DNA of 64,000 bases from Polyangiales bacterium (GCA_038231275.1 JBBRLQ010000030.1:34872-98871), one strand, 5' to 3'. Positions 50,418 to 60,815 are shown, numbered from the stretch's first letter. Numbers and translations are program-made. The notes: a model not told the origin generated them from the sequence alone.

Positions 50418-53400
50418 TCAGGACTTGTCGAGCCCGAGCCGCACGCGCGCCTCGGCGTAGGCGTCGGTCACGCTGTACGCGATGAGCTCCTTCGCTTCGG
50501 ACGTGCGCGTCGCCCACGCCGAGCGATCCTGTGCACTCGCGGGCGCGCCGTCCTTGCTTCCCATGCTCCACGCGATGCCGTCGAACGCCGCCGACGGATC
50601 GCCGATGGCGAGGAGCGCCATGTGGTTCGCCCAAGCAATCGTGGCCGCGCCGAGCGCTGCGCCGTGCGTGCCTACCGAGCCCGCGACCTCGAGCGCGATG
50701 ACGCCGACGTCGGGAGGGAGCTGCCGCGGGAGACCTTGCTGGAGGCGTCGCGCCGCTTCGCCGATGGCGGCCGGGTTGAACCCCTCCGGCCGCCACTGCG
50801 GGTTGAAGACGTGCAGCCACGCCGCCATGAGGACGCCCATATCTGCCGCCGGCGTCCGCACGATCGCCGACGCGCGCGCCTGAACGAGCTTGATTGCGCG
50901 GATCAAGAGGAAGAGCCGCGCCGGCTCGTTCTTCACCTGGAGGAGCCCTTCACCGAGGACGATCATCGGCGGGCTCGACGCGCACGGCACGCAGCTTAGG
51001 CCGAGCTTGGGCGAGACCAGCGCTTGCATCGGCCCGACGCCCATCTGGTGCGCAAGCTGCCCAATCAGGTGCTGCAGGGCGGACGCGCTCGCGGGGAGCT
51101 GTGTGGCCTGGAGCGCGCGGAGATCGAGCGGGGACGCGGCGTCGAGCGCGTCGCCCGTCCGCGCGAGCAGCGCACGAAGCGCAGGGGTGACGAGCTCGGG
51201 GGCCAGCAGATCGTCCAGGCGCGGGTCGGATGCGCGCGTGTCGCCGCCTCGGAGCGGCGAGGGACGGGCCTCGAAGGCCGCCAGCGTCGCACCGACGACG
51301 CGCGCCGCGTCTTTCCGCGCGCGAAGATCGTAGACGGTCTTCAGGACCTCGAACGCACTGGTGGCGAAGCGCCCCGCGACGAGCGAACGGCGAGCGTCGG
51401 TGGCCGCGCGATCGAGCAGGATGTTCACGGCCGGCATCTGCTTGTGCCGCATGTAGAACTCGGCCAACGCGCGGAGGATCGTGACGTCGGTGGGCGCCTC
51501 GCGCCGGACCGCCTCGAGCGTTTGCTCCGCCTTGCGCGCGTCGTGGGCGACCTCGTCGTACAAGGACGCGAGGTTCACCATGCGCGAGCGTTTTTCGACC
51601 GCGTCGGTCGCCATGCCGATCAGTTGCTGTTGCATCTCGATGGCCTTGGCGGAGTCGTTCTGGCGCGCGTAGACGTTGACGAGGCGCTCCATCGACGCCA
51701 CGTCCCCGGGGGCCCGCTTCAGGACCTCCTTGAACGCCACCTCTGCGCGCGCGAGGTTCACGGCGTGCACCGCATAGAGCTCGCCGAGCTTTCTGTACAC
51801 GTCGCGCTGCTCTTCGGGCACAGGAACCGATCGCGCGAGGCGCACCCACGCCTGCTCGGCCTCGTCCCACTCTGACGCGGCGGCGCAGAGGTCCGCGTAG
51901 GCGCCGAGGGCGGCGATGTGATCGGGCTTTTCGGCGAGCGCGCTCTTCAGCACAGCGCGTGCGCCGACAGGGTCGCCGATGTCCATGAGCGCGCGGCCCC
52001 GCTCGACCTCGAGCTCCACCTTCTCCTCGGGGGACGAGACGATCGCGATGCGCTTCTCGAGCAGCGCCGCCAGCTCCTCGCGCGCGCCGCGCTTGCCGTA
52101 GAGGGCCGAGAGGCGCGCGAACACGTCCTCGTAGGCGACGTCGATCGCCGCCGCCTGCTCGAGGCACGCGACGCCACGATCTTGGTCGCCGAGCTCGTCC
52201 AAGAACATGTGCGCGGCGTCGTACCAGGCGAGGAGCTGGTGACGGGGGACCGCGCTGGTGCGCGCAAGCGACTCGCCGGCCTCGGCGGCGCCGCGGAGAT
52301 CCTTCGCGCGGTGTCGCGCCTGCGCGAGCATTCCCCACGCGACGACGTCCCCGGGGTCTTCTTTCACGGCGCGCTCGAGGAGGCCGCGCGCGAGGTCGGG
52401 GTTGTCCTGCTGCGCGGCGGCGTCTCCCGCGCGGACGTGGAGGGCGGCGATCTCCGCCGGGCGGCCGGTCTTGGGCACCAGCGCCAGCGTCGTCATGAGG
52501 ATGCGCTCGGGATCCTTCTGCGCGCGCGCGTGCGCATTAACGAGGCGCAGCGCCCAGAGCGGCGGTTCGCTCTGCGCCGCGGCGAGCTCGGCCATCTCAC
52601 GCGTCGAGGCCCACGCGTCGTCGCCCGGCGCCTTCATGCGCAGCCGCGATGCGAGCTCTGCGTGTGCGGCCCCCTCGCCGCCATTGGCGCCCGCGAGCGC
52701 CTTGGCGATCTGCGACGCGATCGGCTCGAGCTCGTCGTCGCGTCCTCCGTCGACGTATGCGTGCTCGACGTAGCGCAGGCTCGCCTTGTGGAGCGGATCG
52801 AACTCGAGGATGGCGCGGTGCCACAAGACGGCGCTGGCGGGATCGCTGCGACCGACGGCGTCCAAATCGGCGAGGCGCTCGTAGGCCTCGCGTCGCTCGA
52901 GCGGGTCCTCGGTCTCCCGTGCGCGCGTGAGGAGCTCGTCCGCGAGGCGCGACGCGGAGCCGGCCTCCACCTCCGCGCGCTCGAGGGCGAGCTTGCCGAG
53001 GCCGCCGTCCCCGCTCTCGCGCGCGGCCTGCGCGGCGCGCAGGAACGCGTCCTTCTCGCCGGCCCGCTCGAACTCGTACGCGGCCTCGGTGAAGAGGAGC
53101 GCTTGCGACGGGCCGACCGCCGACTGCGCGCGCGTCTCGCGCCAGCTGCCGCGGTCGGTGAGCGGCTCGACGGAGAGGCGCTCGTAGAGCTCGCGCAGCG
53201 CGACGTCCTCGGGGCGCGCGCCGTGCGCTTCGGCGAGACGCTCGGAGGCGACCTCGGGCTCCGCGTCGGCCACGAGGAGCGCCTCGCGGACCGCGTCGAG
53301 TGCGCTCTCGAGCGGATCGGTCGCCTGCGTGCGGCGCTCGCGGATCCACCGGAGGACCTCCTCGATGTTTCCACTCCGGCGTGCGGCGCGCTCGGCGAGG

Positions 53401-55826
53401 AACGTCGCGAAGGGGAGGGAGGGAGCCGCCTTGTTGATCGCGTCGAGGCGCGGGAGCACAGAGGGATCGTCGGGCGTCCCTCCGCGCGTGATCGACTCGA
53501 GGCGAAGGAGCGCGGCGCGGAGCGGCTCGGTCGTCGCGCCCGCCAGCTCGTCGAGCAAAATCTCCGGGTCAGCGTGCGGATCGAGCTCGATCTCCGCGCG
53601 CACCGCCGGCTCGCACGCGCGGTCGGCGACGCGCGCGGCCTTGTACGCTTCCAGCGCGCGCGCCTTCTGCCCCGCGCGCTCCGCCACGAGCGCGGCGGCG
53701 AGCTGCCGATCCCGCACGAGCGCGGGCGACCCGCCGCCAGGCCACGCCGCGAGCATCCCCGCCACCTCGTCGAAGCGCCCCGCGCGGGCGGCGAGCTCGA
53801 GGCCGATCGCACGCGCGCCGTCCTCTCCCTCGGCGGCGCGAACCGCGGCGTCCAGATCCTCGTCGCTCGCGTCGGTCCCCAGCAAGCGCCCCAGCGTCAC
53901 GAGGCGGCGCGAGCTCTCGCGTCCGGCGGCGTGCTTCGCGCGCGCGCGCAGGTCCTGAGGCGACGAAGGCAGGCCGACCGCAGCCACCGCCGACGCGAGC
54001 GGGCTCATGGTTCCTCCTGCGTCGATCGCGTCGAGCTCGGCGTCGCCTTGAGGAAGCGGCAAGCGCATGAGCGCGGCGAGCGTCGCGCGCTCGTGCGGCG
54101 CGAAGGCCTCCCCCTCGCTCATCGCCGCGTCGACCAACCCGGCGTCGCCCACCTCGATGCCGAGCGCCGCGAGCGCGCGCCGAGCCAGCGCGTCGTCGCG
54201 ACCGAGCAGCCGTTTGAGCCACGTGCCCGCCAGGGGTCGCGACGCCTCCTGCGTGGCCCCCACCGTCGCCGCGAGCCAGCTCGCAGCCTTCGCGATCTCA
54301 GGGACGCCGCCGAGCTCCGCCAGCATCGACGCCGCCGTGGCGTAGTCGCTCGCGTGCATGGCGTCGCGCGCGCGCCGCAGCGAGTCGTTCGGCAGGATCT
54401 CACCCGCGTCGCCGTCGCTCCGCTCCGCACCGCGCAAGCGAAGCGCGGTGCCGACGCCCAGCGACAGGCTGCCGAGCGCCGGCGCGTCGGCCGATCGAAG
54501 CGCCTGGTTGACATAGTCGTTTCGCGAGAGCGCACGCGCCGCACGCGTCGTGAACGCGCGCGCGTCGTCGGGCATGAGGCGCGCCGCCTGCTCGAGCCGC
54601 CGCCCCGCGCCCTCTTCGTCGCCCGCCGCACGCAGGTGCTCCGCGCCAACGAGGAACGTGTGCAGCCGGTGCGGCCCGCTGGAGGTCTGGCGCGCTTCGT
54701 TGTCGAGCGCCAAGACGATGCTCGCGACATCCATCCCACGCGGCAGGAGCGCGCGCGCCTGCCAGTGCGCGAGCGGGTGGCGCGGATCGACCTCACGGGC
54801 CTCCATGGCCAGCCGCGTCGCGTCGTCGAGGTTGCCGCACATCGCGTAGAGCTCGCTCGCCGTGAGGAGCGTCCGCGCGGCGTGCGTCTTGTCGGCCATC
54901 GCGCGCCCGTCCTCTTCGAACCACTGCGCGCGCTCGAAGAGAGCAGCCTTGGCGTCGTCGTCGAGGAGCTCGCGCGCGGGCTGCTCGTGATCGAACGTCG
55001 GCGGCGCCGGCGGCTCGACCTCCGGCTCCTCGGGCGGCCGGACAGACGCCAGGTCCGCGCGATTGCGGAGTCGCGTCGGCGCGTCGTCGTCGTCCTTGCG
55101 TACGTAGGTGTTCGTGCGTCCCGAGTCGGGCGCGCGCGCGACCTCTCCTTCCATCGTCTCCGCGAGATCGGACGCTGCCGCGGTCGGGGGCAAGCGCTTG
55201 ACGGTGGTCGCCAGGCTGGGCGCGGGCCTCGGCGGACCTGCTGCCGCCTTCCCGCGGATGTACTGGGTCGGGGCGTCCTCGTCGGCGGCGATGCCCGCGA
55301 GCACAGCGGCCCCCTCGGCGTCGATTTCGCGGGTCTTGGGCTCCGGCTCCGAGTCACCGAGCAGCGCGTCGAGCGCCGCGTCGCCGTCGGGGCTCGCGAC
55401 GGTCGCGCTCAGCATCTCCTCGACGATCGCTGCGGGTGGCGACGGCGCCTTCGACTGCCGCGTCGTCTCGCCGACCTCGTCGTCGCGGCCGCGGAACAGC
55501 TGTCCAAGCCCACCGCTCGCGGCCACCGGGCGGGGCACGTGCGGGGAGCGCAGGCCGATCGTCGGATCTTGGTCGTCCGCCTCCGTCGCGCCGCCATAGG
55601 GTCGCGCGGTGATCGGGCCCTCCTTGCGTCCGGCCTCCGCCTCGCGCGCCTCGGCCGGCGGCTTGCGGATCGTGTCCTCGAGGCCAGGCGACGTGGTCGG
55701 CGGGCGGGAGACGCTGGGATCGGCGGGCATGTCGGGCACGACCGTGTTCTGGTCCCACTCCGCGATCGCGGCGTCCCAATCCAAGTCCTCGAGGCCGAAG
55801 TCCATCGGCGGCTTCTTGACGCTCAT
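50418..55826 (-). CDS. Giant TPR protein (~1800 aa) with disordered N-terminus and degenerate M48-like C-terminal domain
   Basis: True start ATG 55826 (MSVKKPPMDFG) overlaps the upstream stop; TPR-like helices (e.g. EDPGDVVAWGMLA, EKPDHIAALGAYA); C-terminus ELIAYSVTDAYAEARVRLGL. Confidence 0.85.
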   Translation of the reverse strand: MSVKKPPMDFGLEDLDWDAAIAEWDQNTVVPDMPADPSVSRPPTTSPGLEDTIRKPPAEAREAEAGRKEGPITARPYGGATEADDQDPTIGLRSPHVPRPVAASGGLGQLFRGRDDEVGETTRQSKAPSPPAAIVEEMLSATVASPDGDAALDALLGDSEPEPKTREIDAEGAAVLAGIAADEDAPTQYIRGKAAAGPPRPAPSLATTVKRLPPTAAASDLAETMEGEVARAPDSGRTNTYVRKDDDDAPTRLRNRADLASVRPPEEPEVEPPAPPTFDHEQPARELLDDDAKAALFERAQWFEEDGRAMADKTHAARTLLTASELYAMCGNLDDATRLAMEAREVDPRHPLAHWQARALLPRGMDVASIVLALDNEARQTSSGPHRLHTFLVGAEHLRAAGDEEGAGRRLEQAARLMPDDARAFTTRAARALSRNDYVNQALRSADAPALGSLSLGVGTALRLRGAERSDGDAGEILPNDSLRRARDAMHASDYATAASMLAELGGVPEIAKAASWLAATVGATQEASRPLAGTWLKRLLGRDDALARRALAALGIEVGDAGLVDAAMSEGEAFAPHERATLAALMRLPLPQGDAELDAIDAGGTMSPLASAVAAVGLPSSPQDLRARAKHAAGRESSRRLVTLGRLLGTDASDEDLDAAVRAAEGEDGARAIGLELAARAGRFDEVAGMLAAWPGGGSPALVRDRQLAAALVAERAGQKARALEAYKAARVADRACEPAVRAEIELDPHADPEILLDELAGATTEPLRAALLRLESITRGGTPDDPSVLPRLDAINKAAPSLPFATFLAERAARRSGNIEEVLRWIRERRTQATDPLESALDAVREALLVADAEPEVASERLAEAHGARPEDVALRELYERLSVEPLTDRGSWRETRAQSAVGPSQALLFTEAAYEFERAGEKDAFLRAAQAARESGDGGLGKLALERAEVEAGSASRLADELLTRARETEDPLERREAYERLADLDAVGRSDPASAVLWHRAILEFDPLHKASLRYVEHAYVDGGRDDELEPIASQIAKALAGANGGEGAAHAELASRLRMKAPGDDAWASTREMAELAAAQSEPPLWALRLVNAHARAQKDPERILMTTLALVPKTGRPAEIAALHVRAGDAAAQQDNPDLARGLLERAVKEDPGDVVAWGMLAQARHRAKDLRGAAEAGESLARTSAVPRHQLLAWYDAAHMFLDELGDQDRGVACLEQAAAIDVAYEDVFARLSALYGKRGAREELAALLEKRIAIVSSPEEKVELEVERGRALMDIGDPVGARAVLKSALAEKPDHIAALGAYADLCAAASEWDEAEQAWVRLARSVPVPEEQRDVYRKLGELYAVHAVNLARAEVAFKEVLKRAPGDVASMERLVNVYARQNDSAKAIEMQQQLIGMATDAVEKRSRMVNLASLYDEVAHDARKAEQTLEAVRREAPTDVTILRALAEFYMRHKQMPAVNILLDRAATDARRSLVAGRFATSAFEVLKTVYDLRARKDAARVVGATLAAFEARPSPLRGGDTRASDPRLDDLLAPELVTPALRALLARTGDALDAASPLDLRALQATQLPASASALQHLIGQLAHQMGVGPMQALVSPKLGLSCVPCASSPPMIVLGEGLLQVKNEPARLFLLIRAIKLVQARASAIVRTPAADMGVLMAAWLHVFNPQWRPEGFNPAAIGEAARRLQQGLPRQLPPDVGVIALEVAGSVGTHGAALGAATIAWANHMALLAIGDPSAAFDGIAWSMGSKDGAPASAQDRSAWATRTSEAKELIAYSVTDAYAEARVRLGLDKS

Positions 55827-58800
55827 GGCGCGACCGCCCCTTCGAGCCCGAGCGAGCGCCGGAGCTCGACGTACGGCGGTGAGAGGATGAAGCGGACCAG
55901 CTCCTCGACGCGCGAGTCTCCGCTGACGAGGGCCGGGAGGCGCTCGAGCGATTGCCCCGTCAGGTCCAGGATGACCGCGGTGGCGTCGCCCGAGGCGACC
56001 GCCGCGATGCGGTTGTGGCTCGCGAGCGCGCGGTGCGCCCATCCGCGCGCGTCGGCGCGCGTGGCCACGACCGCGCGGCACACGTCGCCGATCGCCTTCT
56101 TCGTCTTGCGCGCGATCGCCTTGGAAATAAGCTTCTCCACCTCGGCGAGCATGGCGTACGGCGGCGCCTCGACGCGGACCTCGGCGAGGTTGCACGCGGC
56201 GACGACGATGGCCGCAATCGTCGTGTCGTCGCGCCATCGTGTGATGGTCGACCCGCGCATGAGACCGAGGAGCTCGCGCGCGATGCGTCCTCGCGTCATC
56301 GGCAGGAGCGGCACGTTGACCTGCGCGCCGATCACGATCGACGGCGAGTCGCCGGGAACACCGACGACGCCGAGCGGATCCTTGCCCCCGACGAACAGAT
56401 CGAACTCGCGGAAGCCGAAAGCGCCGGCCCACGAGGCGATCTCGTTTCGCACGGCCAAGCCGGCGCGCGGGTCGACCTTGTCTTTCTTGGTGACCCCCGC
56501 CGCCGCGAGGGACGGCCCCAGCGCCTCCGCGAGAGTGGGCGCGAGGAGCGCGAAGAGCTGCGCGACGGGTCCGTCGTCGCCCGGCGCGAGCACGCCGCGA
56601 AGGATCGCGTCGTTCAGCGCCATTTGCGGCATGCGCGGCTTCCGTGACGAGAGCTGCATCAGCGCGGTGCCGGCGTGCGGATCCTGCTCGCCGAGCGCGA
56701 TAGAGACGGAGAGCGCCGCCTGCCACATCACGTCGTCGCCGAGCGCGCGCGACATGTTCGAGAGGCGGCGCACCAGCGGCAGATCGGTGGGGCGCTGCTG
56801 GACCTGCTCGATCACGGCGTAGCGCGCGCGATCGAGGAGGCGACGCTTGGCCGTGGCCTCCAGGTCGATCGACAGGAGCATGTCGACGCCCTCGCCGTCG
56901 CCCGGCACCTCCTCGAGGAGCTTACCGATCGCGTTGCGCGCGGCGTTCGCGTCTCCGAGGCGGTCGCGGTAGATCGCCATCGCGAGTCGCGCTGCTTCGA
57001 CGCGGCCGGCGGGCTCCGGCCGCTCCATCATGAGCTCCTCGAGGATGCCCGTCGCTTCGCGCCACGCGCCGGTGCGGCCGGCGGCGCGCGCGAGGCGCTC
57101 CCGGACCGGCAGCGTCGTGAGCTTCGCGCGGTGGAGGCCCACCAGCACTTCGAGCGCCTTGTCATGACGATCGAGCTTGTTTTCGTAGAGATCGACCGCC
57201 GCGACGCCGGCGGTGACGCGGTTCTTGGGCGGCGCGTCGGCGAGGCCGGACAAGCGGGCGAGCGCGGTCGCGGCCTCCTCGAACATGCCGCGGCGGATCG
57301 CGATCTCGCCGGTGAGCGCGAGGGCGCCGACGTGATCGGGCTCCAGCATCGTGACGTGCTCGAGCGCCTTCATCGCGGCGTCGCTGTCTCCACGCTCGCG
57401 CAAGACGCGCGCTTGCTCCCAGAAGAGCTTGGTCATCTCCGCGGGATCGTCGGCGACCGCGAGGCGGCGCGTCGTCACCGCGATGAGCTTCTCGCCGTCC
57501 TTTCGCTCACGGACGCGGCGGAACAGCTTGTCGAACGCCACCGGTCGCTTTGGATCGCGCGAGCAAGACTGGTCGAGCGCCGCCTCGCCGCGCGCGCCAT
57601 CGCCGAGATCGAGCCAGTCGAGCGCGGCGTGCTCCCAGTGCTCGGCGCCGCGCTCGTCGCTCGCCGAGAGGGCCCCGAGCTTCTCGGCGGCCATCGCGCG
57701 GATCGGCTTCTGCCCGCACGCGTCGGCCGCGGAGCGAAGACCCTCCCACGACGCGAGATCGTGCTCGCGTGCGGTCGTCACCTTCGTGAAGGTCTCCAGC
57801 GCCGTCTCGGCCTCACCGGTCGCGAGCATCGACCACCCTGCGAGCGCGAGCGCGTCGAAGCGGGCGTCGTCTCCCAACGACGTGTGAAGGTCGACGAGGG
57901 CGGCCGTTCGTCGCCGCGGGTCGCAGCCAGGAGGGGAGAGCTCGAGGTTCGTCAGGCGCACCGCCGGGGTCGTGCCGCGGGCGAAAGGGATGTCGCCGCC
58001 GTCGCGCGCGAAGCGCATCGTCGCGACGCCGGCGTGGAGCTGGAGGCCCGCCGCGCCCTTCAGGGTCTCGGCGAGCGCGACGCGCGCGGCGACCTCGCGA
58101 TCGATCTCGCCGGTCGCCATGGCACCCGCGAGCCACTCGAGCGCGGCCGGCACACCGCCACCGACGTCGAACCATGCCTTTGCGGCCGCCGCGACGCCCT
58201 CGGGATCCCCCTCGCGCGCGAGACGCACGCGCTCGGCGGCCGCGAAGATCTTCGCGTCGGGACCGGACATCTCCAGATCCTTGAGCGCGCCCTCGAGGCC
58301 GGCCGGCTCGGCGGCGGCGAGGGGCCACGCCAGGCGCGCGAGCGCGGCGGCCAGCGCAAGCTCCTCGTCCTGTGACGCGCCGCCGGCGGTCTTCTTCTCC
58401 AGCTCGGCGAGCGCGGCCAGCGCCGCGTCGGGATCGCCTCCTGCGGCTTCGGTCGCGAAGCGCTCGAGGGCGATTACACGGCCGTCGGCGCCCGCTTCGG
58501 CCGCGTGCTCGAGGGCGATCCGCCGCGCCTCCACCGATCCGTCGCCGGAGCCTCGGGCCGCCCAGCCGAGCACGACCTTCGCCGCGGACGGCGCCCGGTT
58601 GACGGCCTCCTCGAGAGCCGCGAGCGCGCCCGCGCGATCGCCGTGGCGCCACCGCTCGAAGCCGGCCTCGATGAGCAGCGCCGCTGCGAGCTCGGCATCC
58701 GGCGTTTGAACGGCGCACGCCGCCGCCGCGTCCGCCGCCCGCTTCCCGTCGCCCGCGCCGCGCTCGAGATCGGCGAGGTAGGTCGCGATGAGCTCGTCTC

Positions 58801-60682
58801 CGCCGTGCGCCTCCGCCAGCTCACGGAGCTTCTCACGCGCGCGATCGCGATCGCCCGCGCGGTGGGCGCGCATCGCCGAGACCATCCCCATCCCGCGGGC
58901 GAGATCCGGATCGCCGGAGAGCTCCGCCAGCTCCTCGATCGCCGCGCGTCGTCGCCCCGGATCGACCCCCGCTGCGCTCTCCGGCAAGAAGCCTTCGAGC
59001 GCGCGCGCCAACCATGCGCCAGCCTCGAGCGCGCCCAGCTTTTGGAGCGCGGCGGTCGTCCCCGCGGCGTCCCCGCGCGCGAGCGTCGAGCGTGTGAGCT
59101 CGAAGTACGCTTGTGCGATCTCGTCGTCGTCGGCCTTGATGCGGATGTCGCCCGGCGCGTCCGGCGCGCTCGCGGCGACGAGCCTTTGCGTCGTCTCCTC
59201 GAACCACGCGCGGTCGTCGGCGGCCGCGGCGATCGCGCGCGCGACACGGACGAGGACGACCGCCGGGACTTGCGCAGCCGCCGCCTGCGACAGCGCCGCC
59301 TTGGCGCCGGCCGTGTCCTTGGCGCGCACGCCCCAGACGTACGAGGCGAGCAAGTACGCACGCCCGCGCGCGTCATCGGCGGTGAGGTGCTCGGCGAACG
59401 CCTCGAGCTGCCCCGCGAAGATCGACGGATCCGCCCCGTCCGCGAGCAAATCGAGCTGCAGCGCGCGCGCCGGGATGCACGCCGGATCGTGCCGGATCGC
59501 CGACAACAGCGCCTCGAGCGCGCTGTCCGCGTCCCCCTCGCTGGCCGCGTGCTCCGCGATCCGCATCGCGAGCGCCGCGGCCACACCCCCGTCCTTCTCG
59601 CCCTCGAGTCGCTTCTTCGCCAGCGTCGCCGCCAGCGCCGTGTCCCCGACGAGCTCCGCGATGCGGATGCGCGCGTTGATGAGCGCGGGCTCCAGCGCCG
59701 CGGCCTCCGGCCCGGTCTCCGCGACGAGGCTCATCGCGCTGTCGAGGAGCGCCCCTGCCTCGGCGATCTGCCCCGCAACACGACGCGTGTCCGCGGCGCG
59801 AAGCCACGCCCCCGCGAGGTACGTCGGCGTCCGCATCCACCTCGGTACGCCGAGATCGTCGCCGCGCGCCGGATCTTTGATCGCCTCGTGCAGCAAGGTC
59901 GCTTGCGCCTCGAGGGTCTCGCCGAAGAGCCGCGCGCGCGTCGCCGCCTCCTCGCTTCCCGGCAAGCCCGGCTCGGCGCGCACGAGCCGCTCCATGGCGA
60001 CGAGCGCGGCGTACCGAGCCGCCGTCTCTTCCTTCCGGGCCTCTTCGAGCGCGGCGAGGGCGGACTCGACGTCGCCGGCCGCTGCGCGCAGCTTGGCCAG
60101 ATCGATCAAGAGGAGGGACCGCCAGGTCGCGTCGCCCGCGTGCTTTGCCCGCTCGTGCAGCGCCTGCTCGCGGAGCGGCGCGTCCTCGAGCTTCGCCGCG
60201 AGCATCTCGAGCATCAGCCACGCCTGCCCGGCCTCGGGCTCCGGCGGCGGGATCTCCGCGGCCTCGAGCGCCGCGCCCTTCGCGGCCGCCAAGTCCTTCG
60301 ACGCCTCCTCGAGGTGCGCGGCCTTCGCCAGCAGCGCGCGCGCACGCTCCTCCGGCAGGTGCGCCGCGCGGAGGAGCGCATCGACGATCTTCCCGAGGTT
60401 CTTGAGCGATCGCCGCCGCTCGAGCAAGCGCACGAGACCTTCGAGCGGCTCGCGGAACTCCGGATCGCTGTTGTACGCCGCGAGGTAGTCCTTCGCCGCG
60501 CTCGTCTCGTCTCCCGCCGCTTCCTCGAGCTCCCCGATCTCTCCGAGCAATCGCGCCTGACGCGACTTGTCCGTCGTGCCGGCGACCTCCGCGCGCAGCT
60601 GCGCGAGGGTCCCTTCGATCTCATGCATCGCCTCGGCCGGAGCCGCAGGCATGATGGTCTCGGGTGAGTGTCTCTCGGCCAT
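55823..60682 (-). CDS. Giant TPR protein (1619 aa) with degenerate M48-like C-terminal domain
   Basis: TPR-like repeats (DPEFREPLEGL, LEPDHVGALAL); C-terminus ELVRFILSPPYVELRRSLGL. Confidence 0.88.
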   Translation of the reverse strand: MAERHSPETIMPAAPAEAMHEIEGTLAQLRAEVAGTTDKSRQARLLGEIGELEEAAGDETSAAKDYLAAYNSDPEFREPLEGLVRLLERRRSLKNLGKIVDALLRAAHLPEERARALLAKAAHLEEASKDLAAAKGAALEAAEIPPPEPEAGQAWLMLEMLAAKLEDAPLREQALHERAKHAGDATWRSLLLIDLAKLRAAAGDVESALAALEEARKEETAARYAALVAMERLVRAEPGLPGSEEAATRARLFGETLEAQATLLHEAIKDPARGDDLGVPRWMRTPTYLAGAWLRAADTRRVAGQIAEAGALLDSAMSLVAETGPEAAALEPALINARIRIAELVGDTALAATLAKKRLEGEKDGGVAAALAMRIAEHAASEGDADSALEALLSAIRHDPACIPARALQLDLLADGADPSIFAGQLEAFAEHLTADDARGRAYLLASYVWGVRAKDTAGAKAALSQAAAAQVPAVVLVRVARAIAAAADDRAWFEETTQRLVAASAPDAPGDIRIKADDDEIAQAYFELTRSTLARGDAAGTTAALQKLGALEAGAWLARALEGFLPESAAGVDPGRRRAAIEELAELSGDPDLARGMGMVSAMRAHRAGDRDRAREKLRELAEAHGGDELIATYLADLERGAGDGKRAADAAAACAVQTPDAELAAALLIEAGFERWRHGDRAGALAALEEAVNRAPSAAKVVLGWAARGSGDGSVEARRIALEHAAEAGADGRVIALERFATEAAGGDPDAALAALAELEKKTAGGASQDEELALAAALARLAWPLAAAEPAGLEGALKDLEMSGPDAKIFAAAERVRLAREGDPEGVAAAAKAWFDVGGGVPAALEWLAGAMATGEIDREVAARVALAETLKGAAGLQLHAGVATMRFARDGGDIPFARGTTPAVRLTNLELSPPGCDPRRRTAALVDLHTSLGDDARFDALALAGWSMLATGEAETALETFTKVTTAREHDLASWEGLRSAADACGQKPIRAMAAEKLGALSASDERGAEHWEHAALDWLDLGDGARGEAALDQSCSRDPKRPVAFDKLFRRVRERKDGEKLIAVTTRRLAVADDPAEMTKLFWEQARVLRERGDSDAAMKALEHVTMLEPDHVGALALTGEIAIRRGMFEEAATALARLSGLADAPPKNRVTAGVAAVDLYENKLDRHDKALEVLVGLHRAKLTTLPVRERLARAAGRTGAWREATGILEELMMERPEPAGRVEAARLAMAIYRDRLGDANAARNAIGKLLEEVPGDGEGVDMLLSIDLEATAKRRLLDRARYAVIEQVQQRPTDLPLVRRLSNMSRALGDDVMWQAALSVSIALGEQDPHAGTALMQLSSRKPRMPQMALNDAILRGVLAPGDDGPVAQLFALLAPTLAEALGPSLAAAGVTKKDKVDPRAGLAVRNEIASWAGAFGFREFDLFVGGKDPLGVVGVPGDSPSIVIGAQVNVPLLPMTRGRIARELLGLMRGSTITRWRDDTTIAAIVVAACNLAEVRVEAPPYAMLAEVEKLISKAIARKTKKAIGDVCRAVVATRADARGWAHRALASHNRIAAVASGDATAVILDLTGQSLERLPALVSGDSRVEELVRFILSPPYVELRRSLGLEGAVAP

Positions 60683-60694
60683 CTTTCTTGTCGG

Positions 60695-60710
60695 TCCGCT
60701 CTAGAGCGGA
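60695..60710. promoter_or_regulatory. Perfect 16-bp palindrome TCCGCTCTAGAGCGGA just upstream of the giant TPR operon
   Basis: Self-reverse-complementary; 12 nt separate it from the ATG at 60682. Confidence 0.45.
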
Positions 60711-60815
60711 AGGCCCTTGACCGTTGGGAGCAACGGACGGCGGACGGTCCTCAAGATAGTGATATCGCGACGTCCCTACTACAAAATGGCGAGGTGGGGC
60801 AATGTGCGCTGGTCG

